Program-made: the position numbers and the translations under genes
Source: an uncultured Mycoplasmatota bacterium
GTDB taxonomy: Bacteria > Bacillota_I > Bacilli_A > RF39 > UBA660
Direction of reading: 5' to 3'
Length of the DNA stretch: 64,000 nucleotides
Assembly (NCBI GenBank): GCA_947649365.1
Contig: CANSRH010000004.1
Span: forward strand, 19,586 to 83,585
Part shown: one piece after another, positions 31,896-40,838 of the stretch
Numbering within the stretch: the stretch's first letter is position 1
Layout: every line of letters starts with the position of its first letter
The notes under the pieces: model-generated
The model's database searches: none
What the model was told of the DNA's origin: nothing
Seen by the model: the letters and a program-made list of their open reading frames with translations, nothing else

Positions 31896-32351
31896 TTGAA
31901 AAAGCTTGTAGTATTAGTTGGATTTGTTCTTCTTGTTGCAAGTGGCTGCGGAAGCGAAAAAACAATGACCTGTACAAGAACAATGGACCAAAATGGAATG
32001 AAAGCAGATTTGCGTTATGAAGTGAACTACAAAGGAAATACTGTTTCAAAAGTAAAATCTACAGAAAAAATCACTATCGAAGGTGATGACGCTGCGGATA
32101 CTTTAGAAACATACAAAACAACAGTAGAAAATACGTATGCTCCATACAAAGATGTAGAACATTATAATTATAACGTTTCTGTAGATGGTAATACACTAAC
32201 AAGTACAGTAGATATTGATTATTCTAAAATCGATACGAAAAAAATGATCGAAATCGATTCAGCCAATAGCCAATTAATCAAAGATGGAAAAATTAATATC
32301 GATGATTTAAAAAGCGCTTATAGTTCTGCTGGAATTACCTGCGAAAAATAA
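31896..32351 (+). CDS. YehR/DUF1307-like lipoprotein
   Basis: Lipobox VASGC; TMTCT..Y.GNTV.KV...GITCEK pattern. Confidence 0.7.
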   Translation: MKKLVVLVGFVLLVASGCGSEKTMTCTRTMDQNGMKADLRYEVNYKGNTVSKVKSTEKITIEGDDAADTLETYKTTVENTYAPYKDVEHYNYNVSVDGNTLTSTVDIDYSKIDTKKMIEIDSANSQLIKDGKINIDDLKSAYSSAGITCEK

Positions 32352-32356
32352 AAGAG

Positions 32357-33757
32357 TTATTCAATCAAAGAATAACTTTTTTTTTCTATCAACTGATAGC
32401 CAACTTGATTAATCGTACCAGCACCAATAGTGACTATAATATCGCTCATCTCTACATGTTCTTTCAAATAAGAAACGATTGCATCATAATTTTCAAAATA
32501 AAAACAATTTTCATTTTCTAACTTTATCAAATTTTCTAAATCTTTAGAAGAAATACCATAAGTATTAACTTCACGTGCCGCATAAATATCTGCCAAAAGA
32601 ATACAATCAAATTCCTTCAAAACACTTGCAAATTCCTTCAAATGGTCCTTTGTTCTAGAATAGGTATGTGGTTCAAAAACCGCCCAAGTTTTATTATGAG
32701 GAATATCTCTACTACAAGAAAGAGTCGTTTTAATTTCTGTTGGATGGTGGGCATAATCATCATAAACAGGAATCCCTTTAAACTCACCAATTTTTTCAAA
32801 TCTTCGATTAGCTCCCGTAAAAGTAGACAATCCTTTTTGAATCAATGATTTTTCCATAAAATACAAATCACATGTTGCAATCGTAGCAAGAGCATTCAAA
32901 ACATTATGTTTTCCATGCACTTGCAAAGTATAAGTATCATAAAATTCCTTATTTTTAAAAACAGAAAAAGTAGGGTAGCCATAAGAATCAAAACGAATCT
33001 CTTTCGCAACAAAAGTAGCATGTTCATTTTCTATTCCATAACCAATCACTTGATGAGTTGTCTTAGAAACAACTTCCCTTGTATTTTCATCATCCAAATT
33101 AGCAATCACAACACCAGTTTCATTCAAACGTTCTGTAAATTTAAAAAAAGATTGTTTGATATGCTCAATATTTTTAAAATAATCCAAATGGTCATTATCA
33201 ATATTCAAAAGAATAGCCGTATGAGGAAAAAATTCTAAAAAAGAATCAACATACTCACAAGCCTCCAAAATAAAATAATTGCTATTTCCTGTTCGATTAT
33301 TGCCACCAATTTTCTTTAAATAAGCACCCACTTCAATCGTTGGATCGAAATTCGCTTCCAAAAAACAAGTGGCAATCATAGAAGTTGTGGTTGTTTTTCC
33401 ATGTGTACCACTAATACAAATACACTCAGAATAGCATTTTGTAATTGCTCCCAAAAATTCACTTCGTTCCATCATTTTCTTACCCAATCGTTGTGCTTCC
33501 ACAAATTCAGCATCCTCTTTTGGAATCGCTGCTGTATACACAATCAAATCAGCAAAAGAAACCATTTCAGGATGGTGTCCAATTTGTACATCCACACCCA
33601 AGCTTTTTAAATGAAGGGTATTTTCACTTTCCTTTGCATCACTACCTGTAATACAAAAACCAAAATGGGTTATATGTTCGGCAAGACCGCTCATACTCAC
33701 GCCACCAATCCCAATCATATGAATTCTTTTATACATACTTATACTATCTAAAGTCAT
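32357..33757 (-). CDS. murC: UDP-N-acetylmuramate--L-alanine ligase
   Basis: IGIGGVSMSG, GTHGKTTTT, EACEY, DHLDYF, DDYAHHPTEI, FEPHTYSRT. Confidence 0.97.
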   Translation of the reverse strand: MTLDSISMYKRIHMIGIGGVSMSGLAEHITHFGFCITGSDAKESENTLHLKSLGVDVQIGHHPEMVSFADLIVYTAAIPKEDAEFVEAQRLGKKMMERSEFLGAITKCYSECICISGTHGKTTTTSMIATCFLEANFDPTIEVGAYLKKIGGNNRTGNSNYFILEACEYVDSFLEFFPHTAILLNIDNDHLDYFKNIEHIKQSFFKFTERLNETGVVIANLDDENTREVVSKTTHQVIGYGIENEHATFVAKEIRFDSYGYPTFSVFKNKEFYDTYTLQVHGKHNVLNALATIATCDLYFMEKSLIQKGLSTFTGANRRFEKIGEFKGIPVYDDYAHHPTEIKTTLSCSRDIPHNKTWAVFEPHTYSRTKDHLKEFASVLKEFDCILLADIYAAREVNTYGISSKDLENLIKLENENCFYFENYDAIVSYLKEHVEMSDIIVTIGAGTINQVGYQLIEKKSYSLIE

Positions 33758-33890
33758 AAAACTCTCCTCATTTCTTCCTTATTATATCTTATGAAACCAA
33801 AAATGAAAAGAAGTCATGAACAAATTGAAAACTAACACTTGCAAAAAAAGAAACTTTCCTGTATATATGAATATAGAAAAAGGTGTAAAA

Positions 33891-35165
33891 ATGAAAAAGC
33901 GATTCCTAAAACAAAATTTTCTTTTCTTCTTATTTTTTCTTCCTATTCTTCTTGTTGTCTTTGTAATCGGAATGCATAGTAAAGAACTTATCAATACAAC
34001 CATTCATCTTCTTTCTTTCTTACTACTATTTATAATAAGTGTTCTTCTATGTACAAGCCTTATTTTTAATAAAAAAAACAAAAAAGAAAAATGGTCCAAA
34101 AAGAAAAAAATAATTTTTATTGTTTTCTTTTCATTAGAAATTGTAGGAAGTACTACTTTGTTAACACTTCTTTATGGACCATGGGATCAATTTCGTGACT
34201 GGTTAATTCCTTCTGCTATGACCACCATGCATCATAAATATTTAGCTACTTGGTTTTACAGCGAAGAAGAAATAAAATACGTATTAGAAAACAATCAAGT
34301 GATTGAACAAAAAGAGCCAACGAATGAAGAATTAATAGAACCAGAAATCATTCCTCCTGTAGTATATGAAAATGAATTTGAAGAAAAAATATTCAAAGAC
34401 AAAAAAGAAGACGAAATCTATAGAATCATTCCCATAGAAGAAAAAAAGTTTACAGGGTACTTAGCAGTCATTTATGACCCCTCAAGAGTAAGTGTAACAA
34501 CAACTAGATTTTTAGACGTACGAGGACAATATGTTACGGAAATGGCCTCAGAATCAAAAGCGTTATTAGCAATCAATGGAGGAGGATTCATTGATCCCAA
34601 TCTTAATGGTGCTGGTGGATCTCCTCAAGGAATAACCATCAAAAATAAAAAAGTCATTACAAAATACAATTATAGTATTTCAGGGGGACTCATTGGACTA
34701 AACGAAGACAACAAACTTATTTTAGGAAGAATGACAGTAGAAGAAGCACAAAAGAAAAACATTCGAGATGGAGTATCCTTTGGACCCTTTTTGATTGTCA
34801 ACGGAAAAAAATCATTTATCAAAGGAAATGGGGGATGGGGAACTGCTCCTAGAAGTGCGATTGGGCAAAGAAAAGATGGAATCATCCTTCTACTTGTTGT
34901 TGATGGAAGAACGTTAAAATATCCTGGAGCGAGTATGGTAGATTTAACTACAATTTTAGATAATTATGGTGCCATGAATGCAGCCAACTTAGATGGGGGA
35001 ACCTCAAGTACCATCGTTTTACCAGAAGAAGAAGCAAAAAAATACAAAAAAGAAAGTGAATTAAAAAACAGCTGTCGAAAAAACTATTGTTACATCAATA
35101 ACCCCATTGATAGTACTGGGGCTCATAAAACAAGGCCTGTTGCTAGTTCCATCATCGTAAAATAA
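33891..35165 (+). CDS. phosphodiester glycosidase (NAGPA/EpsL-like) membrane protein
   Basis: AINGGGF, APRSAIGQ, VVDGR, AANLDGGTS. Confidence 0.88.
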   Translation: MKKRFLKQNFLFFLFFLPILLVVFVIGMHSKELINTTIHLLSFLLLFIISVLLCTSLIFNKKNKKEKWSKKKKIIFIVFFSLEIVGSTTLLTLLYGPWDQFRDWLIPSAMTTMHHKYLATWFYSEEEIKYVLENNQVIEQKEPTNEELIEPEIIPPVVYENEFEEKIFKDKKEDEIYRIIPIEEKKFTGYLAVIYDPSRVSVTTTRFLDVRGQYVTEMASESKALLAINGGGFIDPNLNGAGGSPQGITIKNKKVITKYNYSISGGLIGLNEDNKLILGRMTVEEAQKKNIRDGVSFGPFLIVNGKKSFIKGNGGWGTAPRSAIGQRKDGIILLLVVDGRTLKYPGASMVDLTTILDNYGAMNAANLDGGTSSTIVLPEEEAKKYKKESELKNSCRKNYCYINNPIDSTGAHKTRPVASSIIVK

Positions 35166-35182
35166 AAAAAGAGGAGAAAAAA

Positions 35183-36112
35183 ATGGAAGAAAAAGAAATA
35201 GAAAAAATAATTCATCCTGAAAAGAAATTATGGATATTTCTTATTAGTTTTGTAAGCATTGCTACTCTATGCATTGCCTTTCCTTTTTTCATCAAATTCA
35301 GGAATGCAGAACAAAATAACGAATATATCAACATAAACGAATTAGTAGAAAAAGAAAAAGAGCAATTCGTAAAAATAGAAATTGAAAAACTACCGGTTAT
35401 GCTTTCATCAACTAAAAAAGAAAAACAACTTTATTTTGTTACTGACACAAACAACAACATATACGTTGTAGAAATGTTTGATGAAACATTTAAAAAAATA
35501 GTAGAAACCTTAGAAAAAGAAACCGGGAAACTAAAAAGTCCTTATGAAATCAAAGGGACTACTAAAAATTGGGAGCAACAAATAAAAAATACAACCATTG
35601 TGAATAGTTATAGAATTTATCCAAACAAAAAAATACAAGAAGAAAATTTTACAGAATATTTTGAAGAATTTTATATCAGTGAAACAAAAAGAAATGACAG
35701 AATGATTTCTTTATCAATCAGTATAGTTTTTTTTGGTGTCTTTTTCCTTATTTTAGTTCTAGGATATTTAATTCCTTCTCTTTTAAAAACAAAGAAAACA
35801 AGAAAAAACAAAGTCTTAATGGACGAATTAAGAAAAGAATTAAATAATTTAACCTCTACTCCTTATAAAAAACAGCGAATTTATTTAACAAAGAACTACA
35901 TTGTTGCAGGTTTAGAAGTAATAGAATACAAAAACATAAAAGAAATATTTATAGAAGAAGTCAAAAAATATGGAGCCACCATTGGAAAAAATTTAGTAAT
36001 TTTCAATCAAGAGGATAAAAAAATAATGATTGGTTCTATTGCTGGAACAAGCAATATACTAGAAGACATTCTAAAAGACATAGAACAGAAACAAAATGCT
36101 TTGATCGAATGA
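35183..36112 (+). CDS. hypothetical membrane protein (2 TM)
   Basis: RBS GAGGAG; two hydrophobic segments around a soluble domain. Confidence 0.7.
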   Translation: MEEKEIEKIIHPEKKLWIFLISFVSIATLCIAFPFFIKFRNAEQNNEYININELVEKEKEQFVKIEIEKLPVMLSSTKKEKQLYFVTDTNNNIYVVEMFDETFKKIVETLEKETGKLKSPYEIKGTTKNWEQQIKNTTIVNSYRIYPNKKIQEENFTEYFEEFYISETKRNDRMISLSISIVFFGVFFLILVLGYLIPSLLKTKKTRKNKVLMDELRKELNNLTSTPYKKQRIYLTKNYIVAGLEVIEYKNIKEIFIEEVKKYGATIGKNLVIFNQEDKKIMIGSIAGTSNILEDILKDIEQKQNALIE

Positions 36113-36300
36113 AAAAGGACGATTTACTAAAAAATATAGACAAAATACATACAACAGAATTGTGGAAAATACGAATAAAAAGAAATTTAAAATAAAAATT
36201 GTGATAGAAAAAGACAAGGAAAAAACTGGTATTGTGAAACAATGGATATTTGAATCATTATCAAAGCGAGTAACTACACCATTATAACTGCACATAAGAA
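36109..36300 (+). pseudogene. DUF3781-family gene remnant
   Basis: Fragments across frames: IDKIHTTEL, RIKRNL, RQGKNWYCE, YTIITAH; frameshifts, stops and an internal deletion. Confidence 0.7.
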
Positions 36301-36311
36301 GAGGAAGAAAA

Positions 36312-36812
36312 ATGGAAAAAATAGAATTTAAAAAAATAAGTGAATTTAAAAAAGGAACATTATACAATCAATTAGTAGATGCTTATTCTTTTCATACAGA
36401 TTGCAAAAACAATTGGGAAAAACAATGGAAAGAATATGACGATTTCTTCTATGCAAATCAGAAAAATATTGCAGATAAATATGGATTTGTGACACTAGTA
36501 GATAAAGAGGTAGTAGGTCACATTTCTTGGGACCCTAGAAAGCGACCACAATCTGTTTCCATAGGACACAATTGTATCTTATCAAAATGGAAAGGAAAAG
36601 GATATGGAAAAAAGCAATTGGAAGAAGCGATACGAAGAATAAAAGAATACAAGCCCAAAAAAATAATAGTGACAACGAATGAAATTACTATAGCAGCTCA
36701 AAAAAATTATGAAAGTGTAGGATTTGTAAAAGTGAAAGAAAGAAAAAATACAGAATATCCTTTTGCAGGCAATTATATTGATTATGAACTAAAAATAGAA
36801 AGCCATGAGTAA
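36312..36812 (+). CDS. GNAT family N-acetyltransferase
   Basis: WKGKGYGKKQL acetyl-CoA motif, AQKNYESVGF. Confidence 0.88.
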   Translation: MEKIEFKKISEFKKGTLYNQLVDAYSFHTDCKNNWEKQWKEYDDFFYANQKNIADKYGFVTLVDKEVVGHISWDPRKRPQSVSIGHNCILSKWKGKGYGKKQLEEAIRRIKEYKPKKIIVTTNEITIAAQKNYESVGFVKVKERKNTEYPFAGNYIDYELKIESHE

Positions 36813-36858
36813 CTATAGAAGAAAAAAACAAAATAACTTTATTTAAAAGGAGAATACC

Positions 36859-37122
36859 ATGAACAAACAAGAAATTCCCGTATGGGATTGGATGGAAAAT
36901 TATGGAACCTATCGTTGTAAAATTGGTGAAGCGATGAATAAAGTGGGCATTTCTATTTCAAAAATGAGAAAATTAACTGGTTTAAATCATGATGTTGTAA
37001 AAAAATATTATGAAGACAAAATTATTCGTATGGATAAAGATGTCTTAGCTAGAATAAGCTACATTTTACTTTCTTATGGGGTGGATCCAAATACTTTAAT
37101 CGAATATATTCCACCTAAATAA
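36859..37122 (+). CDS. Cro/C1-type HTH (HTH_26/YozG-like) protein
   Basis: GISISKMRKLTGLNHDVVKKYY...DVLARI...LIEY. Confidence 0.75.
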   Translation: MNKQEIPVWDWMENYGTYRCKIGEAMNKVGISISKMRKLTGLNHDVVKKYYEDKIIRMDKDVLARISYILLSYGVDPNTLIEYIPPK

Positions 37123-37184
37123 GTTGATTTATTAATTAAATTTATTGAACTTTTATAAATGAAAATAAAGAACAGGTGAAAGTG

Positions 37185-37847
37185 ATGAAAAAGAAATACT
37201 TAATTATAACTATAATATGTATCATTATTTCAATAATATTGGGTATTATTGCCAATGATATTTTAGTTGGAGGTCCAATACTTTTAACAGGATTATTATG
37301 CGCTTATTTTGCAAGTGAAGGAAAACGAATGAATTACATTTTAGGTTTGATTAATTATTTATTAATGGGCTTTGTTTCATTTAAAAACAATTTATATGGA
37401 ATCTTTTTCTTTTACACATTTGTATTTTCACCACTACAGATTAATGGATTTATAACTTGGAAAAAGAATTTAAATGCTGAAAAGAATGTAAAGGTACGAG
37501 AATTTACTTTAAAAAATTCTATAATTATTACACTATCTTGTATATTTGGAAGCTTATTATTAGGATATTTGCTTACTTTTATACCAAATCAGAGATTAGC
37601 ATTTATGGATGCAAGTTCTAATTGCATTAATCTATGTGGAGTTATGTTAATGATATTAAGATTTAAAGAATCATGGTGGTTATGGTTAATCAATAATGTT
37701 ATTGATTTAAGCATTTGGATGCTTACTTTTATAAATAAAGGTGAAGGATCAACAATGATGTTATTGGTATCTATTGGCTATTTATTAATAAATATTTATG
37801 GAATAATTAAATGGAATATAGAAGCAAAGAAAAATAAGTGCGATTGA
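37185..37847 (+). CDS. pnuC: PnuC-family nicotinamide riboside/vitamin transporter
   Basis: GKRMNYILGLIN, QINGFITW, MDA, RFKESWWLWLINN, NIYGIIKW. Confidence 0.85.
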   Translation: MKKKYLIITIICIIISIILGIIANDILVGGPILLTGLLCAYFASEGKRMNYILGLINYLLMGFVSFKNNLYGIFFFYTFVFSPLQINGFITWKKNLNAEKNVKVREFTLKNSIIITLSCIFGSLLLGYLLTFIPNQRLAFMDASSNCINLCGVMLMILRFKESWWLWLINNVIDLSIWMLTFINKGEGSTMMLLVSIGYLLINIYGIIKWNIEAKKNKCD

Positions 37848-37869
37848 TATTTAAAAAGAAAATACAAAT

Positions 37870-37897
37870 TTGACATTTTACTAAAAAATGCTATAAT
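37870..37897 (+). promoter_or_regulatory. consensus sigma-A promoter of thrS leader
   Basis: TTGACA-16 nt-TATAAT with extended TG. Confidence 0.8.
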
Positions 37898-37926
37898 TAA
37901 ATTACTTTTTGAAAGGGAGTATTTAT

Positions 37927-38007
37927 ATGTTAAACAATCAATCAACGACAACAACTTATACGACAACGAAATCAATTGTTACTATTGATTGTTTTAGCAT
38001 TGTTTAA
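37927..38007 (+). CDS. Thr-rich leader peptide MLNNQSTTTTYTTTKSIVTIDCFSIV (ThrL-like)
   Basis: RBS AAGGGAG; 8 Thr in 26 codons, 7 of them in codons 7-14; directly upstream of thrS; absent from the ORF track. Confidence 0.8.
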   Translation: MLNNQSTTTTYTTTKSIVTIDCFSIV

Positions 38008-38044
38008 TAAAAGTATAAATTTTAAATACTTATATCATTATTAC

Positions 38045-38081
38045 AAAGTCTATTACAATCAAGTAGTAGACTTTTAATTTT
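38045..38081 (+). terminator. attenuator terminator (3:4 hairpin)
   Basis: AAAGTCTATTAC-aatcaa-GTAGTAGACTTT then TAATTTT; mutually exclusive with the 37981-37992/38055-38067 pairing. Confidence 0.75.
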
Positions 38082-38121
38082 ATGGAAATTAAATCAATGG
38101 AAAATGATATTATATTAATAT

Positions 38122-38341
38122 AAAGACTATAATATAGGACATGATTATTAAGAACTTATTTTAAAGAGAGTTATCGATTTGGTGGAAAGATAATGAATAA
38201 ACTTAATAATTACTACCTATTATGTTGCGCAGGAAACTGATAGCCCGATAAGTTCGGTTAAAATGAATTAAGTTAAAATAAGGATGGTACCGTCTTTTTA
38301 GACTCCTAATATGGTATCATTCTTTTTGTTATTTAAAGGAG
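38122..38341 (+). ncRNA. T-box riboswitch (Thr specifier)
   Basis: Stem I with AGAGAG and GGTGGAA loop, ATTATTAAG/CTTAATAAT pairing, ACT-A specifier at 38212; antiterminator AGGA-TGGTACC-GTC-n6-GAC-TCCT at 38281-38307. Confidence 0.85.
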
Positions 38342-38419
38342 ATGGTAAATGGATGGAAACGGAAAGTGATACGATAAACTCCCAATCAAAAAGTTAATAA
38401 AAGAAAGAAGGAAATAAAA

Positions 38420-39958
38420 ATGTTAAATGAAAAAGGTGCCTTATTATTAAAACAAGTCATAGGGGAAAAATATAAAAATATTAGATTAGATAATGTGTAT
38501 GCGAATGAATTTGAGTTTTACTATGAGTTTAAAATGGATGGGTATGTAAGTGAAAATGATTTTGATTCTCTTGAAAATAAAATTAGAAAACTAGACAATA
38601 GTCTTTTTGTAAAACTTTTAAAAATTAGTGGTGTTTATTATGAAGGCAATATCAATAATGAAATGATTACTAGAATAGTTGGAAAATGCTTTGAGAGTAA
38701 AGAAGAACTAGATAAATACAATCAATTTTTAAGTGAGGCTAAAGAAAGAGATCATCGAAAAATTGGGGCTGATTTGGATTTGTTCTGTTTTTCTGATTAT
38801 GTCGGTGGAGGACTTCCTTTATATACTCCAAGAGGAACAATTGTGAAAGATGAACTACAAAAAGAAATTGAGCGTGTTTGCAGAAAGTATGGATTTCAAA
38901 AAGTGAGTTGTCCATCACTAGCAGATATTTCTTTATTTGAAACTTCTGGTCATGCTAAAAAATTTAATGACGAGTTATTTAGAGTTGAATCTCCAAAAGG
39001 ACATAACTTTGTACTAAAACCTGTTCAATGTCCTCACCATACTAGAATTTATGCTTCAAAACTTCGCAGTTACAAAGATTTACCAATACGATATATGGAA
39101 TCAGATAAACAATATAGAGCAGAATTACAGGGAGCAGTTGGAAATAATCTATCGAGAGTATATGCGATAACTGTTGAAGATGGACACTCATTCTGTCGTC
39201 TAGATCAAGTGAAAGACGAAGTGATTAATATGTGTAATTTAATCAAAGATTTTTATAAAAGAATGGGATTATGGGAAGGGCACTCCGTTTCTTTATCTCT
39301 AAGAGATTATGAACATCCTGAAAAGTATATTGGGGAAAAGTGCGATTGGGATTTATGTGAGAAAATGCTAGAAAGTATTTCTAATGAATTAAATCTTGAT
39401 GCGAAAAGATGTGAAGGAGAAGCAGCATTGTATGGACCCAAACTTGATTTTATGTTTCAAGATGCCTTGGGAAGAGAAATTCAAATACCAACTGTTCAAC
39501 TAGATTTTGCTACTCCAAAAAGATTTGGACTATTCTATATTGATGAAAATGGAGAAAAGCAAACTCCTGTAATGGTCCATAGAGCTGTTCTTGGTTCTTA
39601 TGAAAGATTTTTAGTGTTATTGCTAGAACAATTTAAAGGTGTACTTCCTATTTGGTTATCTCCTGTTCAAGTCAATATACTACCAGTTAATAGGAAATAT
39701 CATGATGAATATTGTAAAAAGATAATGGAGATATTAGATGACAATGATATTCGTGTTAGTTATGATGATTCAAAAGAAAATATGGGTAAAAAAATGAGAC
39801 AAAGCAATATCATGAAAAATCCATATACTATAATCATTGGAGATAATGAACGAGACAATACTCTTATCAGTTATCGTAAATATGCTAGTGAGGAAACTTA
39901 TTCAATGCCTATTGAAGAATTTGTAAAATTTATTCAAGAAGAAATAAAGAAGAGATAA
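38420..39958 (+). CDS. thrS: threonine--tRNA ligase, N-terminally reduced
   Basis: RDHRKIG, CPHH zinc site, YGPKLD, QLDF, VMVHRAVLGSYERF, anticodon domain; TGS domain and editing-site motifs missing. Confidence 0.93.
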   Translation: MLNEKGALLLKQVIGEKYKNIRLDNVYANEFEFYYEFKMDGYVSENDFDSLENKIRKLDNSLFVKLLKISGVYYEGNINNEMITRIVGKCFESKEELDKYNQFLSEAKERDHRKIGADLDLFCFSDYVGGGLPLYTPRGTIVKDELQKEIERVCRKYGFQKVSCPSLADISLFETSGHAKKFNDELFRVESPKGHNFVLKPVQCPHHTRIYASKLRSYKDLPIRYMESDKQYRAELQGAVGNNLSRVYAITVEDGHSFCRLDQVKDEVINMCNLIKDFYKRMGLWEGHSVSLSLRDYEHPEKYIGEKCDWDLCEKMLESISNELNLDAKRCEGEAALYGPKLDFMFQDALGREIQIPTVQLDFATPKRFGLFYIDENGEKQTPVMVHRAVLGSYERFLVLLLEQFKGVLPIWLSPVQVNILPVNRKYHDEYCKKIMEILDDNDIRVSYDDSKENMGKKMRQSNIMKNPYTIIIGDNERDNTLISYRKYASEETYSMPIEEFVKFIQEEIKKR

Positions 39959-40111
39959 AAATTCATAATAAAAAAGTTGATTAATTCGCATTACTTTTTA
40001 TAATGCTATTTCAAAAAAACAGATCTATGAGTAAAATTTTGTAAAACTATTGTGAAAGATAGTTATTTTATGATATGATAGTAATGTCTTTTGTAAAAGG
40101 CATTACAACAT

Positions 40112-40188
40112 GGCCTGTTGGTGAAGGGGTTTAACACGCCACCCTCTCAAGGTGGTATTCACGGGTTCGAAACCCGTACAGGCTACCA
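40112..40188 (+). tRNA. tRNA-Glu(CTC)
   Basis: GGCCTGT/ACAGGCT acceptor, anticodon arm CCACC-CTCTCAA-GGTGG, GTTCGAAAC, CCA. Confidence 0.97.
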
Positions 40189-40307
40189 TTTTAGTATTTT
40201 AAAGCCTTTGATTAAGGCTTTTTTTTGTCGAGTGAAAGTAAAGAACAAAAGAAAATCGGATAATTTCTTTTATTTTGTTATAAAATAAAAAAAAGGAGTT
40301 TAAAAGT

Positions 40308-40571
40308 ATGAAAAAAGGAAAAATTGTATTAGTAGTTCTTTGTTTGTTAACGATCTTATCTGTATCCAAAGTATCAGCATATGGAAATACGTACAAAAAA
40401 TTAGAATCAGAAGTAATTACTATTGATGTAAATAAAGAAAGAAGAGAACGAGAAGAAAAAGAAAGAAAAATGACCATCTATATTGCCATTGGTGTCTCAG
40501 TAGTTTCTTTTATAGTATTTATTGGAACAACTTGTGCCTTAGTAAAAGCGAAGAAAGAGCAAAAGAAATAA
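40308..40571 (+). CDS. small exported/membrane protein
   Basis: RBS AAGGAG; signal-like N-terminus and C-terminal TM. Confidence 0.7.
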   Translation: MKKGKIVLVVLCLLTILSVSKVSAYGNTYKKLESEVITIDVNKERREREEKERKMTIYIAIGVSVVSFIVFIGTTCALVKAKKEQKK

Positions 40572-40620
40572 TGCTCTTTTTTGTTATTTAGTATATAATA
40601 CTAGACAAGTAGGTGACTCT

Positions 40621-40827
40621 ATGAAAAATAAAATCTATGCTTTATTAATTGTAATAGGAATAACCAATTTCATTTTGCAAATTTTTGTGTTCCAAACTCC
40701 TAATGGTTTTTTAGGCTATCTTCTATGTTTATTCTCTACATTGACTATAATTCTCTCCAGTATAAAACTCTTTCAAAATAGTAAAAAATTTCAAGAATTT
40801 ATAAAAATTATATTAGAAATGTTATAA
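40621..40827 (+). CDS. small 2-TM membrane protein
   Basis: RBS AGGTGA; two hydrophobic segments. Confidence 0.6.
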   Translation: MKNKIYALLIVIGITNFILQIFVFQTPNGFLGYLLCLFSTLTIILSSIKLFQNSKKFQEFIKIILEML

Positions 40828-40838
40828 AGGTGAAGAAA

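Noticed and set aside
37123-37185. Vitamin riboswitch upstream of pnuC
   Set aside because: Gap is only about 60 nt of AT-rich sequence with no recognisable aptamer
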